Counted from the first letter of the stretch, positions 38,960 to 48,281 are shown. The stretch is DNA of 64,000 nucleotides from a bacterium (GCA_963617485.1 CAVEPA010000002.1:111163-175162), one strand, 5' to 3'. Notes: a model not told the origin generated them from the sequence alone. Numbers and translations are program-made.

Positions 38960-39700
38960 ATGAATATTTTCTATACCCCCGACATTGAGCATTCCTCTTT
39001 TCTATCGCCCGAAGAATCGGGACATTGTGTGCGTGTACTCCGCCTCCAACTAGGCGATGAAATCCGTTTGTGCGACGGCCGTGGCAACTTCTATCGCGCC
39101 ATCATAGCCGATGCCAATGCCAAACGTTGCGCTTTCGAAGTAAAGGAGGTCCTGCCGCAGGCATCGCTGCTTCCACAAATAAGTGTGGCGGTGGCTCCCA
39201 CCAAAAACATGGACCGTATGGAATGGTTGGTAGAAAAACTTACCGAGGCCGGTGTGGATGCCATTTATTTTTTGCAGACGCGCTATAGCGAACGTAAGGC
39301 CCTGAATACCGAACGTTTGCAGAAGATTGCCGTTTCGGCCATGAAACAGTCGCAGCGCGCCACTTTGCCATTGATAGGGGAACTTGCCCCATTTAAAGAG
39401 TTCGTGAAAGCACAGCGGCAGACGCATCGTTTTATTTGTCATTGCTACGGACAGGAAGAGGCTGGGACGCGCGAATTCATCGGTAGGGTAGATTTGCAAG
39501 GGCAGGATGCGCTGGTGATGATTGGCCCCGAAGGGGATTTTTCGCTGGAAGAGGTTCGGCTCGCCCAAACGTTGGGATTCAAGACGCTAAGCCTTGGTCC
39601 CATGCGGTTGCGTACCGAAACAGCCGCTATGTTGGCCGGCATGATGTTGCGTATGCAGACTATTCAAACTGAAACGACAGCACCAGCAGACGCGAAGTGA
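38960..39700 (+). CDS. rsmE: 16S rRNA (uracil1498-N3)-methyltransferase
   Basis: 246 aa starting MNIFYTPDI...GHCVRVLRLQLGDEI. The C-terminal block is IGPEGDFSLEEV (SPOUT). Confidence 0.9.
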   Translation: MNIFYTPDIEHSSFLSPEESGHCVRVLRLQLGDEIRLCDGRGNFYRAIIADANAKRCAFEVKEVLPQASLLPQISVAVAPTKNMDRMEWLVEKLTEAGVDAIYFLQTRYSERKALNTERLQKIAVSAMKQSQRATLPLIGELAPFKEFVKAQRQTHRFICHCYGQEEAGTREFIGRVDLQGQDALVMIGPEGDFSLEEVRLAQTLGFKTLSLGPMRLRTETAAMLAGMMLRMQTIQTETTAPADAK

Positions 39701-40376
39701 TTTTTTCGAAAGCCCGTGTATAGTTGACAAATGCTTGACTGGCTTCGTCCTGACGGTCGTGCTGAAAAACATCATCTAGGCCGATGCAAAGTTTGAGCTC
39801 CGGTACGAGTCGAAAATAGGGCATATACAAATCGCAGCCGAAGGCCAGTTCCCAATAGGTGTTGAGCGTCTGCAATTCTACAGCCTCGTTCTTGCGTTTG
39901 CCGGCATCGATGCCGATACTGAAACCCGTGGCCAAATAGGGCCGGTAATTGTCGCTCCGTGCGCCCCGGTAGCGTATCAGCAAGGGTAACATAATGTAGT
40001 TGGAGCGGATATTGACACTCTCTGTTTGACTAAGGTCGGCATCGGAAAAGAGACTGATGCTTTTGGATCCGAAATGAATGCTGGGTGTCAGGCGTAGGCT
40101 GAAAGACTCGCTGATGCGGTAATCTCCCAAAACGCCCACGCTGAATCCGGGAGAATATGACGGTACATTGCCGTACCAGCGGTTGCCGTCGGCATCGGTA
40201 GCGCCCGTATGAACTATTTGGAAATCTTGGGTGTGCAGCCCCACCAAGAACCCGAAATGATAAGGGCGCAGGTCTTCATATTGCAGATATTGTCGTCTCT
40301 GTTGTGCCTGGAGGCCGAAAAGACCCAACCCGAAGACCAACAGCAGCGATATCGTAAAACGGCGTAGATATTTCAT
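39660..40376 (-). CDS. Small outer-membrane beta-barrel protein (PorT / OMP_b-brl_2-like)
   Basis: 238 aa from ATG 40376 (the track start at 40391 is TTG). Has a signal peptide, alternating beta-strand pattern, and a C-terminal ...LVLSFQFE. Its 3' end overlaps the rsmE 3' end by 41 nt. Confidence 0.5.
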   Translation of the reverse strand: MKYLRRFTISLLLVFGLGLFGLQAQQRRQYLQYEDLRPYHFGFLVGLHTQDFQIVHTGATDADGNRWYGNVPSYSPGFSVGVLGDYRISESFSLRLTPSIHFGSKSISLFSDADLSQTESVNIRSNYIMLPLLIRYRGARSDNYRPYLATGFSIGIDAGKRKNEAVELQTLNTYWELAFGCDLYMPYFRLVPELKLCIGLDDVFQHDRQDEASQAFVNYTRAFEKITSRLLVLSFQFE

Positions 40377-40464
40377 ATTGCGACAGCTCAAAAATAGCTT
40401 CTAGGGGATAACGGAAAAAGTTCAGAATTATTGTAAAAAAAACTTGGAAGCGAAAAAATAAGAC

Positions 40465-40472
40465 TATTTTTG
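40465..40472 (+). promoter_or_regulatory. -7 promoter element (TATTTTTG) for the ferredoxin gene
   Basis: tatttttg lies 46 nt upstream of the ATG at 40518. Confidence 0.5.
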
Positions 40473-40517
40473 CAGCACCATTACTAACCGGAGGTTTCCT
40501 CCACAAACACTTGAATT

Positions 40518-40685
40518 ATGGCTTACGTTATTAGCGAAGATTGCGTTGCATGCGGAACTTGTATCGATGAATGCCCCGTTAGCGCCATTTCAGAAGGCGA
40601 TATCTACAAAATCGATCCGGACGCTTGCACCGAATGCGGAACTTGTGCATCAGTTTGTCCTTCAGAAGCAATTCATCTGGGATAA
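40518..40685 (+). CDS. 2x[4Fe-4S] ferredoxin (55 aa)
   Basis: Not in the ORF track (under 60 aa). Hand translation gives MAYVISEDCVACGTCIDECPVSAISEGDIYKIDPDACTECGTCASVCPSEAIHLG, with two CxxCxxCxxxCP clusters. It has its own promoter and terminator. Confidence 0.9.
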   Translation: MAYVISEDCVACGTCIDECPVSAISEGDIYKIDPDACTECGTCASVCPSEAIHLG

Positions 40686-40711
40686 GCGTTTTCACACATA
40701 GTCCAACGATA

Positions 40712-40739
40712 AAGCAACTCTCAAAAAGTTGCTTTTTTT
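40712..40739 (+). terminator. Intrinsic terminator after the ferredoxin gene
   Basis: Stem AAGCAAC/GTTGCTT with a 9-nt loop, followed by a T7 run. Confidence 0.75.
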
Positions 40740-40749
40740 GTCTGTATAC

Positions 40750-41643
40750 ATGCATAGATATATCAGTTCGGCCCTTGTGGGCGTGCTGGCCGTCCTGGCC
40801 TTGCTGGCCTGCGAACGGAACAATACTCCAGTTCCCGATGAAAAGGAAGAAGGCAGTGCGTTTATTGCCAAGGTGTTTGCGTACTGCCCGGCGCCGGGCC
40901 AGTTTGTGAATGTTATCCCTTCGTGCACGCAAGGTGAGGGTCAAGAGGCCGTGCTCGAACGCGCCGGGCAGATGCTGGTGGGCTCTACCAACAGCGGTAT
41001 GGTATCGTTGGGTGCTTGGGGCGGCTATGTGGTGGTGGGCTTCGACCATGCCGTCCGTAATCTGCCCGACACAGCCGATTTCAAGATTTACGGCAATGCC
41101 TATCGCAACAACTCCGAAGCGGGCATTGTTATGGTGGCCCACGATGACAATGGCAACGGCCTGCCCGATGATACTTGGTACGAACTGAAGGGCAGCGCCT
41201 ACGATGCCGCAACCACGCTGCACCATTACCGTTGCGTGTATTACCGTCCCGACTCCCTGACGGCCGATGTCCTTTGGCGTGACAATCAGGGCGACAGCGG
41301 CTATGTTTACCGCAATCAGTATCATTTGCAGCCCTATTATCCCTTATGGGCAACGACCGATTCTCTTGTTTTTGAAGGCTGTCGGCTGGAAAGCAATGCC
41401 TACAACGATGGCGGAATCTACTACAATCCCGGTTTCGCCTGGGGCTATGCCGACAATGCTCCTAACGACAGTGACGGAAGCCTTTTCGATATCGCTTGGG
41501 CTGTCGATGCCGAAGGCAGGCCACATTCTTTGGAAGCCATACATTTTGTCAAGGTGTATACGGCCCAGCAACAATATTTGGGATGGATAGGAGAGACTTC
41601 TACCGAGATTTGCGGAATGGAAGACCTGCACTTCGAGAAATAA
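40750..41643 (+). CDS. Lipoprotein of unknown function
   Basis: Lipobox in MHRYISSALVGVLAVLALLAC. Contains a YCPAPGQFVN block and an acidic loop HDDNGNGLPDD resembling a Ca-binding site. The start is set at ATG 40750 because the track extension overlaps the upstream terminator. Confidence 0.6.
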   Translation: MHRYISSALVGVLAVLALLACERNNTPVPDEKEEGSAFIAKVFAYCPAPGQFVNVIPSCTQGEGQEAVLERAGQMLVGSTNSGMVSLGAWGGYVVVGFDHAVRNLPDTADFKIYGNAYRNNSEAGIVMVAHDDNGNGLPDDTWYELKGSAYDAATTLHHYRCVYYRPDSLTADVLWRDNQGDSGYVYRNQYHLQPYYPLWATTDSLVFEGCRLESNAYNDGGIYYNPGFAWGYADNAPNDSDGSLFDIAWAVDAEGRPHSLEAIHFVKVYTAQQQYLGWIGETSTEICGMEDLHFEK

Positions 41644-43047
41644 CTATCCCAGTCCGATTTCCTCGTGATGACGGGGAATCACTACATCGCTGAAGCCTTT
41701 CTTAATCAGTCTGTCGCGGAAGGCAATCTGCGCGTCATCTTCGCCGTGAACGATAAACACTTTCTTTACCTCGCACGGATTTTGGCAGGCCAGGTACTGG
41801 CAAAGGTCGTTGTAGTCTGCGTGAGCCGACATCGAATTAATCTGCTCCACTTCAGCCTTGACTTGAAACTCCTGTCCGAAAATGCGTACTGTCTCGGGAT
41901 GCCGTTTCAAGCGAGCGCCCAATGATTCCTTTTCACAGTAACCCACCATCAGTATAGTGGTGCGCGGGTCTTCTATGTTGTTGGCAATGTGGTGCTTGAC
42001 GCGACCGGCTTCGGCCATGCCCGAAGCGGAGATGATGACGCAAGGCTCCTTACTGGTGTTCAGTGCTTGCGACTCGCGCTTATCCTCAATATAATGCAAC
42101 CCCTTGAAATCGAAGGGATCGCTGTCGTATTTCATGATGCGCTGCACGTGGCGGTTAAAGCATTCGGGATGCTGCTTGACCACCGCCGTGGCCGAGGTCG
42201 AGAGCGGACTGTCCACATAATATTTGACGTGAGGAAGACAGGTGTCGAGCTCCATACCGTTGAGCGCATACAGCAATTCCTGGGTGCGGCCCACACTGAA
42301 GGCCGGAATGATAAGTTTCCCTTTCTTGTCCAAGCATGTATGCACAATCATCTCGCGCAGGAACTCGCTGTTCGTGTCCGCACGGTCGTGCAGGCGGTCG
42401 CCGTAGGTGGATTCTATGATGATGTAGTCAGCCTGCGGGAAAGTGGCGGGCGATTTCAGCACATAGTCGCCGTAACGGCCCACATCGCCACTGAACGCAA
42501 TGGTGGTAACATTGCCGTTCTCCTTGATGCTCAGGTAACTGGTGACGGCTCCGAGGATATGTCCGGCCTCGAAAATCTGCAGGGTGATGTCTTCGTCGAT
42601 GGCGTAAGGCGTCTCGTAAGGTACGGCCACGAAGCGGGTCAGGGCTTCCATCACATGGTCGATGGTATACATGGGCTCAATAGGTTGCTTGCCCTCCAGG
42701 AACCGCTTCTTGTTGATGAACTTGACATCGTTCGCCTGAATGTAGGCCGAATCCTTCAGCAGTATCTCGGTGAGGTCTATCGTGGCAGCCGAACAGAAAA
42801 TCTTGCCCTTGAAGCCCTCCTTGACCAGTTTGGGGATAAGACCGCTATGATCGACATGGGCATGCGAGAGTATCATGTAGTCCACATCGGCAGGATTGAA
42901 GCCGAAATCGTTGTTCATCGGCATTGTGTCGGCACCCAAGCCCTGATACATGCCGCAGTCGAGCAGGATGTTCTTGCCGTTGGCCAGGCTTATCAGATGT
43001 TTGGATCCGGTTACCGTCTGGGTTGCCCCATGGAAGGAAATCTTCAT
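41644..43047 (-). CDS. MBL-fold metallo-hydrolase of the beta-CASP (RNA-metabolising) type
   Basis: Contains HAHVDHSG (HxHxDH) plus beta-CASP-like C-terminal blocks. The track start at 43056 is TTG; the first ATG (MKISFHG) is at 43047. Confidence 0.85.
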   Translation of the reverse strand: MKISFHGATQTVTGSKHLISLANGKNILLDCGMYQGLGADTMPMNNDFGFNPADVDYMILSHAHVDHSGLIPKLVKEGFKGKIFCSAATIDLTEILLKDSAYIQANDVKFINKKRFLEGKQPIEPMYTIDHVMEALTRFVAVPYETPYAIDEDITLQIFEAGHILGAVTSYLSIKENGNVTTIAFSGDVGRYGDYVLKSPATFPQADYIIIESTYGDRLHDRADTNSEFLREMIVHTCLDKKGKLIIPAFSVGRTQELLYALNGMELDTCLPHVKYYVDSPLSTSATAVVKQHPECFNRHVQRIMKYDSDPFDFKGLHYIEDKRESQALNTSKEPCVIISASGMAEAGRVKHHIANNIEDPRTTILMVGYCEKESLGARLKRHPETVRIFGQEFQVKAEVEQINSMSAHADYNDLCQYLACQNPCEVKKVFIVHGEDDAQIAFRDRLIKKGFSDVVIPRHHEEIGLG

Positions 43048-43069
43048 ATGCGTCAAGGATTAAGGATGA

Positions 43070-44893
43070 TTACATTCTCGAGGGCACGTCAATACCTAGC
43101 AGGAACATACCGCGTTTGATGATATTTCCGATTTCGCGTGAAAGGAACAGGCGGAAAGCCTTCAAGGATGCGTTCTCTTCGCGCAGGATGGAATAATCGT
43201 GGTAGAACTGGTTGTATTCCTTTACCAAATCGTAGATATAATTGGCGATGACAGCGGGACTGTACGTGTCGCCGGCTTGTTTGACGATGTCGGGGAAATC
43301 GTTGGCATGTAGAATCAGCGAAAGTTCCTTCTCTGACAATTCGCTGTGGTTGTTGCTCAGACTGCTGTAGTCTATGTCTTGTTCATCAGCCTTGCGCAAC
43401 ACAGACTGGATACGTGCGTAGGCATATTGGATAAACGGGCCGGTATTGCCGTTGAAATCGATGGATTCCTTGGGGTTGAAGGTCATATTCTTGCGGGGAT
43501 CCACCTTTAGAATGAAATATTTTAGGGCACCCAAGCCAACCATTCTTACGATGGAATCGGCCTCTTCCGGGCTGCAGGCATCCAACTTGCCCAATTCTTG
43601 CGAGGTCTCGCGCGAGGTGTTCACCATTTCTTCCACCAAGTCGTCGGCATCCACCACGGTGCCTTCGCGCGATTTCATCTTGCCTTCGGGCAATTCTACC
43701 ATACCGTAAGAGAAGTGTACCAAGCTCTTGCCCCATTTGAAGCCGAGGCGGTCGAGCAGAATGGAGAGCACTTTGAAGTGATAGTTCTGTTCGTTGCCCA
43801 CCACATAAATCATCTCGTCTATGGGATATTCCTTGAAGCGAAGGTTGGCTGTGCCGATGTCTTGGGTCATGTACACCGAAGTGCCGTCGCTGCGGAGCAA
43901 AACTTTCTGGTCGAGGCCTTCGTCGCTGAGGTCGGCCCAGACCGAACCATCCTCTTTGCGGAAAAACAGCCCTTTCTCCAACCCTTCCATTACTTTTTCT
44001 TTGCCCAAAAGGTAAGTGTCTGATTCGTAATAAATCTTGTCGAAGCTGACGCCCAGTGTGCGGTAGGTTTCATCGAAACCGGCATAAACCCAAGAATTCA
44101 TCATCTTCCAAAGTTTGCGCACCTCTGGCTTGCCGGCTTCCCAGTCGCGCAGCATAGCGTGAGCTTCTGCCATCAGTGGAGAAGCGGCTTCGGCTTTGGC
44201 CTTGGCTTCTTCCTTGCCCTTTTCATCGAGACTGTCGTAGTTGGCGGGCAGCAAATTCTTCACTTCTTCCTTGTAGTGTTTGTCGAAAGCCACGTAGCAG
44301 TCTCCCACCAGGTGATCGCCCTTTTTACCGGAACTTTCGGGCGTGGCTCCATCGAACCATTTCTGCCAGGCCAGCATCGATTTGCAGATGTGTATGCCGC
44401 GGTCGTTGACGATGTTGGTCTTGACCACTTTGTTGCCGTTGGCTTCCAGAATGCGGCTCAGACTGAAACCCAGCAGGTTGTTGCGCACATGTCCGAGGTG
44501 CAGGGGCTTGTTGGTGTTGGGCGAAGAATATTCTATCATCACCAAACGGGCGTTTTCATCGGGTTTTTTGAAACCGAAATTTTCGGTGGAAGCGATGTTG
44601 TTCAAGCAATTCATCCAGTATTCGGCTGCGATACTCAAGTTAAGGAAGCCTTGGATAACGTTGAATCCGCTGATTTCGGCAGTGTGGCTTTGCAACCATT
44701 CACCCATTTCTTGGGCAACTTCTGCGGGCTTTTTACGGGCAGCCTTGACAAAGGGAAAAACGACAAGGGTGAAGTCTCCTTCGAATTCTTTCTTGGTCTT
44801 TTGCAGTTGCAGGGCGCTCTCGGGTGCTTCGAATTGATAGAGTTCAGACAGACAGGCTTTTACTTTCTCGGATAAAAGGCTTGAAATATTCAT
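43070..44893 (-). CDS. argS: Arginine--tRNA ligase
   Basis: Contains SSPNTNKPLHLGHVRN (class I HIGH region) and a C-terminal anticodon-binding domain. The start is set at MNISSLL (ATG 44893) because a promoter and the hup terminator lie in the track extension. Confidence 0.95.
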   Translation of the reverse strand: MNISSLLSEKVKACLSELYQFEAPESALQLQKTKKEFEGDFTLVVFPFVKAARKKPAEVAQEMGEWLQSHTAEISGFNVIQGFLNLSIAAEYWMNCLNNIASTENFGFKKPDENARLVMIEYSSPNTNKPLHLGHVRNNLLGFSLSRILEANGNKVVKTNIVNDRGIHICKSMLAWQKWFDGATPESSGKKGDHLVGDCYVAFDKHYKEEVKNLLPANYDSLDEKGKEEAKAKAEAASPLMAEAHAMLRDWEAGKPEVRKLWKMMNSWVYAGFDETYRTLGVSFDKIYYESDTYLLGKEKVMEGLEKGLFFRKEDGSVWADLSDEGLDQKVLLRSDGTSVYMTQDIGTANLRFKEYPIDEMIYVVGNEQNYHFKVLSILLDRLGFKWGKSLVHFSYGMVELPEGKMKSREGTVVDADDLVEEMVNTSRETSQELGKLDACSPEEADSIVRMVGLGALKYFILKVDPRKNMTFNPKESIDFNGNTGPFIQYAYARIQSVLRKADEQDIDYSSLSNNHSELSEKELSLILHANDFPDIVKQAGDTYSPAVIANYIYDLVKEYNQFYHDYSILREENASLKAFRLFLSREIGNIIKRGMFLLGIDVPSRM

Positions 44894-44916
44894 GTGTGCG
44901 TTGTTTTTAATTATCG

Positions 44917-44924
44917 CAAAAGTA
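44917..44924 (-). promoter_or_regulatory. -7 promoter element (TACTTTTG) for argS
   Basis: Plus-strand caaaagta, 24 nt upstream of the ATG at 44893. Confidence 0.5.
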
Positions 44925-44946
44925 GTGGAAAATGCGTGTACAGACA

Positions 44947-44985
44947 ACAAAAAAACAAAGAGACCGAATCAATGTCCGGTCTCTT
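44947..44985 (-). terminator. Intrinsic terminator after hup
   Basis: Minus-strand stem AGAGACCG/CGGTCTCT with a 10-nt loop, followed by TTGTTTTTTT. Confidence 0.75.
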
Positions 44986-45007
44986 GTTTCTCAAATAAGG
45001 GCGTCGC

Positions 45008-45280
45008 TTATTTAACCTTGGCAGCCAATTCGGCACCAGCCTTGAATTTAACGACCTTCTTTGCAGGAATATTGATGGCAGCCTTGGTGGCGGGGTTGAT
45101 ACCCGTGCGGGCAGCCTTCTCAGCTACGGCGAAAGTACCGAAGCCAACGAGGGTCAGCTTGTCACCCTTGGCGAGAGTTCCTTCTACACTGCAAATGAAT
45201 GCGTCCAAAGCCTTCTTGGCATCGGCCTTGCTCAAGCCTGCTTTTTCAGCAATAGCATTGATAAGTTCAGTTTTGTTCAT
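45008..45280 (-). CDS. hup: HU-family DNA-binding protein
   Basis: 90 aa: MNKTELINAIAEKAGLSKADAKKALDAF...GFGTF...RTGINPATK. Confidence 0.93.
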   Translation of the reverse strand: MNKTELINAIAEKAGLSKADAKKALDAFICSVEGTLAKGDKLTLVGFGTFAVAEKAARTGINPATKAAINIPAKKVVKFKAGAELAAKVK

Positions 45281-45320
45281 AATGATTGTAATTAAGTGTT
45301 GATAAATAAAATCCTTGGCG

Positions 45321-45328
45321 CAAAAATA
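45321..45328 (-). promoter_or_regulatory. -7 promoter element (TATTTTTG) for hup
   Basis: Plus-strand caaaaata, 41 nt upstream of the ATG at 45280. Confidence 0.5.
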
Positions 45329-45500
45329 AATGCAAGGTTTCTATTTATCAAAGCTTTTACAGAAAAAACGACGAAAATCCTACAAATTGTTAAAAAATGA
45401 ATATAAAGATATCTTGTTATGATAGAATAACTTATGGTATTCCTGGGGTGAGGAATCGAAAATCGCCGGTCTTTTTGTCAGAAATCTTCTTGTCGATTGC

Positions 45501-45508
45501 TATCTTTG
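45501..45508 (+). promoter_or_regulatory. -7 promoter element (TATCTTTG) for the rhomboid-led operon
   Basis: tatctttg lies 20 nt upstream of the ATG at 45528. Confidence 0.5.
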
Positions 45509-45527
45509 CGACATAAATTTTGAACCG

Positions 45528-46298
45528 ATGTCGCTAAATCTGAGTGGAAACCGCTTCCTGGCTTCTATACCGCCGGTAACCAAAAACCTTGTCATCATCA
45601 ATCTGATACTGTGGTTGGCCTCCGTGTGGTATCCTTCCCTACAACAGTTCCTCGGCCTGCATTTCATCTTGTCGGACGACTTTAAGATACATCAGCTGCT
45701 CACTTATATGTTCATGCACGATCGCGGCAGTTTTTCGCATGTGTTTTTCAATATGTTTGCCGTGTATATGTTCGGTCGCGTGCTAGAACAAGTCTGGGGC
45801 CCCAAGCGTTTCCTGGTATTCTATATGGTGACGGGTATCGGTGCGGCTTTGGTGCAACAACTTACCTGGTATATTGATATGCAGCCCTTCCTGAGAGATG
45901 TTGACAATTATCTGCTCACGGGCGAGACAGGTTGTTTGGGCAATTATTGGCAACTACGACCGGGTGTGCAGTATCCCGCCCAGGAAGTGCTACGTGCAAA
46001 AGCCGAACTGCTCAATGGCATGCTGACGGTAGGCGCTTCGGGTGCTGTTTTCGGTATTTTGCTCGGATTTGGTATGTTGTTCCCCAACGCACCTTTATAT
46101 ATTATGTTCATACCGGTGCCCATCAAGGCGAAATGGATGGTTATCGGTTATGGCTTGATAGAGCTTTTTGCCGGCGTTTCGAACTTCACGGGCGACAATG
46201 TGGCCCATTTCGCGCATTTGGGTGGCATGATTTTTGGATGGTTCCTTATCAGATATTGGAAGAAAAAAGGTATAGGAAATGGATTCTTTTTGGGATAA
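45528..46298 (+). CDS. Rhomboid-family intramembrane serine protease
   Basis: Polytopic. Contains GASGAVFG (catalytic Ser) and HFAHLGGMIFG (catalytic His). Confidence 0.85.
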   Translation: MSLNLSGNRFLASIPPVTKNLVIINLILWLASVWYPSLQQFLGLHFILSDDFKIHQLLTYMFMHDRGSFSHVFFNMFAVYMFGRVLEQVWGPKRFLVFYMVTGIGAALVQQLTWYIDMQPFLRDVDNYLLTGETGCLGNYWQLRPGVQYPAQEVLRAKAELLNGMLTVGASGAVFGILLGFGMLFPNAPLYIMFIPVPIKAKWMVIGYGLIELFAGVSNFTGDNVAHFAHLGGMIFGWFLIRYWKKKGIGNGFFLG

Positions 46299-47166
46299 CT
46301 TGAAAACAAGATACAGGCAGGGTACTGTTGTCGACAAGATAATATACATCAATGTGGCCGTGTTTGTAGTGCAGGCCTTGGTTATCGTGCTGTGCCGCCT
46401 GCTGGGGGTCAGTACGGGATTCTTTGCCCGTCTGCTGGAATTGCCGGCTTCGCTGCCGATGCTGCTCCGTCGCCCTTGGACGTTGCTAAGCTATATGTTC
46501 GTGCATAATGGACTGATGCACTTGTTCTTCAATATGCTGTGGCTGTATTTTTTCGGCCGGCTGTTTTTGCGCTATTTCGGCACGAGGCAGTTCTTGGCGG
46601 CCTATTTCGGCGGTGGCATTGCGGGTGCTGTAGTCTATCTCTTGGGCTATAACCTGCTGGCTTATTATCAACCGATGGCCGATTTCAGCCTTTTGGCTGG
46701 TTCTTCAGCTGCCATTCTGTCGCTTACGCTGGCGCAGGCCTTCTACCAACCCGACGAAGAAATAAATCTGTTTATGTTCGGCCGCCTCAAGATGAAGTGG
46801 CTGGTAGTGGCCATGGTGGTGATTGATTTGCTCAGCTTGACGGGCGACAATGGCGGCGGCAGTCTGTCTCATTTGGGAGGCGCGCTCTTCGGCCTCTGCG
46901 CCGGTCTGTATTGGACCAAGGGCCAGTACCGTCTGAATGGGCGGCCATCCTTTTTCGACAAGATTTTCAAACAACGTCAAAGTGCTCAGAGTAAGACCTA
47001 TCATCGTCCTAGCCGCGAACAATCGAACAGTGACCAGGCTTATCGCGACCGCCGCAAGGCCGACAGCGATAGGGTGGATGCTATTTTGGACAAGGTGAAG
47101 GCCTCCGGTTACGACAGCCTGACTGACGAAGAAAAACGCTTCCTTTTCGAGTCTGGCAGAAAATAA
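46279..47166 (+). CDS. Second rhomboid-family intramembrane protease with a charged cytoplasmic tail
   Basis: Polytopic. Contains GSSAAILS and LSHLGGALFG. It overlaps the upstream gene by 20 nt. Confidence 0.8.
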   Translation: MDSFWDNLKTRYRQGTVVDKIIYINVAVFVVQALVIVLCRLLGVSTGFFARLLELPASLPMLLRRPWTLLSYMFVHNGLMHLFFNMLWLYFFGRLFLRYFGTRQFLAAYFGGGIAGAVVYLLGYNLLAYYQPMADFSLLAGSSAAILSLTLAQAFYQPDEEINLFMFGRLKMKWLVVAMVVIDLLSLTGDNGGGSLSHLGGALFGLCAGLYWTKGQYRLNGRPSFFDKIFKQRQSAQSKTYHRPSREQSNSDQAYRDRRKADSDRVDAILDKVKASGYDSLTDEEKRFLFESGRK

Positions 47167-47175
47167 TAAGGCGAG

Positions 47176-48279
47176 ATGGCCAAGCAGAACAAGCAGAAGA
47201 AACCCGGTTTTTTTGGTACCCTGCGCGATATGGTACTGGTTGCCGTCAGTGCGGTGCTGGCTCTCTTGCTGCTTGTGTCGGCCAAGTTCACGCTCGTCAG
47301 CCCCGTGGAGCATAGTGTATGCATCTATCCAAACTATGCGCTGCCTTTTTTGTTTCTGCTCAACACAGTAAGCCTGGGCTATTGGATATGGCGTAAGAAA
47401 GGCTGGGCTTTGCTTTCGGTGCTGGCACTGCTTCTCTGCTGGGGCGAACTGAAGGTTTGGTTCCCTGTCCATCTGGGCGACGAAGCGGCTCCGCTGACAG
47501 AAAAAGAGTACAAAATCCTTACATACAATACGATGCAGTTCTCGAACGGAAACCCGCATCAGAAGAATAAACCCAATAAGGTGCTGGAATATCTCCGTTC
47601 ATCGCAGGCCGATATCATCTGTCTGCAGGAAACCATGTGCTACGGCGGGAAAAGACTGTCCAAGGCCGATGTGAGGAAATCTCTGTCTGCCTATCCCTAC
47701 CAATGCAGTCTGCCCGACGACAACAGCAACCGTATGTGGCTCTTCTCGAAGTATCCCATCCTCAAGAGCCGCCGCATAAAGTACCGGAGCGACTATAATG
47801 CAAGTTTCTATTGCGATGTCCAGCTGGACGGCAAGGTAATACGGGTCATCAACAATCATTTGGAATCGAACAAGCTAACCTCGCGCGACAAAGATCTCTA
47901 CAAGGATATTAAGCTGGATACGGAAAGCATCAGTCAGGGCGCTTTTACCTTGAACCGGAAACTGGGTCCAGCCGCCAGCCTGCGTGCCAAACAGGCAGAT
48001 GCAGTGGCGCGCGAAATAGCGGAGTCTCCTTATCCGGTGATAGTCTGCGGCGATTTCAATGATATTCCCAATTCCTACACTTACCGGCGCATATCCAAAG
48101 GATTGCAAGATGCCTGGGCTTCCCATGCCACCGGTTTCGGTATCACTTTTCACGAATCTCTGTACCGCTTCCGCATCGATTACATCTTGCACTCTCCCTC
48201 TATCAAGAGCCGCCAGCCTCAAGTTGACAGGCTCGGCTATTCCGACCATTATCCGCTTTGGACATATTTTCAGCTGTAA
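47176..48279 (+). CDS. Membrane-anchored endonuclease/exonuclease/phosphatase (EEP) family protein
   Basis: Has N-terminal TM segments. EEP blocks are ILTYNTMQF, ADIICLQE, CGDFND and SDHYPL. Confidence 0.8.
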   Translation: MAKQNKQKKPGFFGTLRDMVLVAVSAVLALLLLVSAKFTLVSPVEHSVCIYPNYALPFLFLLNTVSLGYWIWRKKGWALLSVLALLLCWGELKVWFPVHLGDEAAPLTEKEYKILTYNTMQFSNGNPHQKNKPNKVLEYLRSSQADIICLQETMCYGGKRLSKADVRKSLSAYPYQCSLPDDNSNRMWLFSKYPILKSRRIKYRSDYNASFYCDVQLDGKVIRVINNHLESNKLTSRDKDLYKDIKLDTESISQGAFTLNRKLGPAASLRAKQADAVAREIAESPYPVIVCGDFNDIPNSYTYRRISKGLQDAWASHATGFGITFHESLYRFRIDYILHSPSIKSRQPQVDRLGYSDHYPLWTYFQL

Positions 48280-48281
48280 AG

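Noticed and set aside
39660-40376. Treating the PorT-like barrel as evidence for a type IX secretion system in this window.
   Set aside because: The resemblance rests only on size and generic beta-barrel features. No other T9SS component is present, and none of the secreted enzymes here (PL1, GH2, CE12, GH105/88) shows a recognisable T9SS C-terminal domain.
40579-41325. The 248-aa minus-strand ORF overlapping the ferredoxin and lipoprotein genes.
   Set aside because: It runs antisense across the ferredoxin terminator and the lipoprotein gene. Its sequence is low-complexity and rich in G, A, V, H and R, and it lacks a promoter motif. The plus-strand genes have clear motifs (Fe-S clusters, lipobox).
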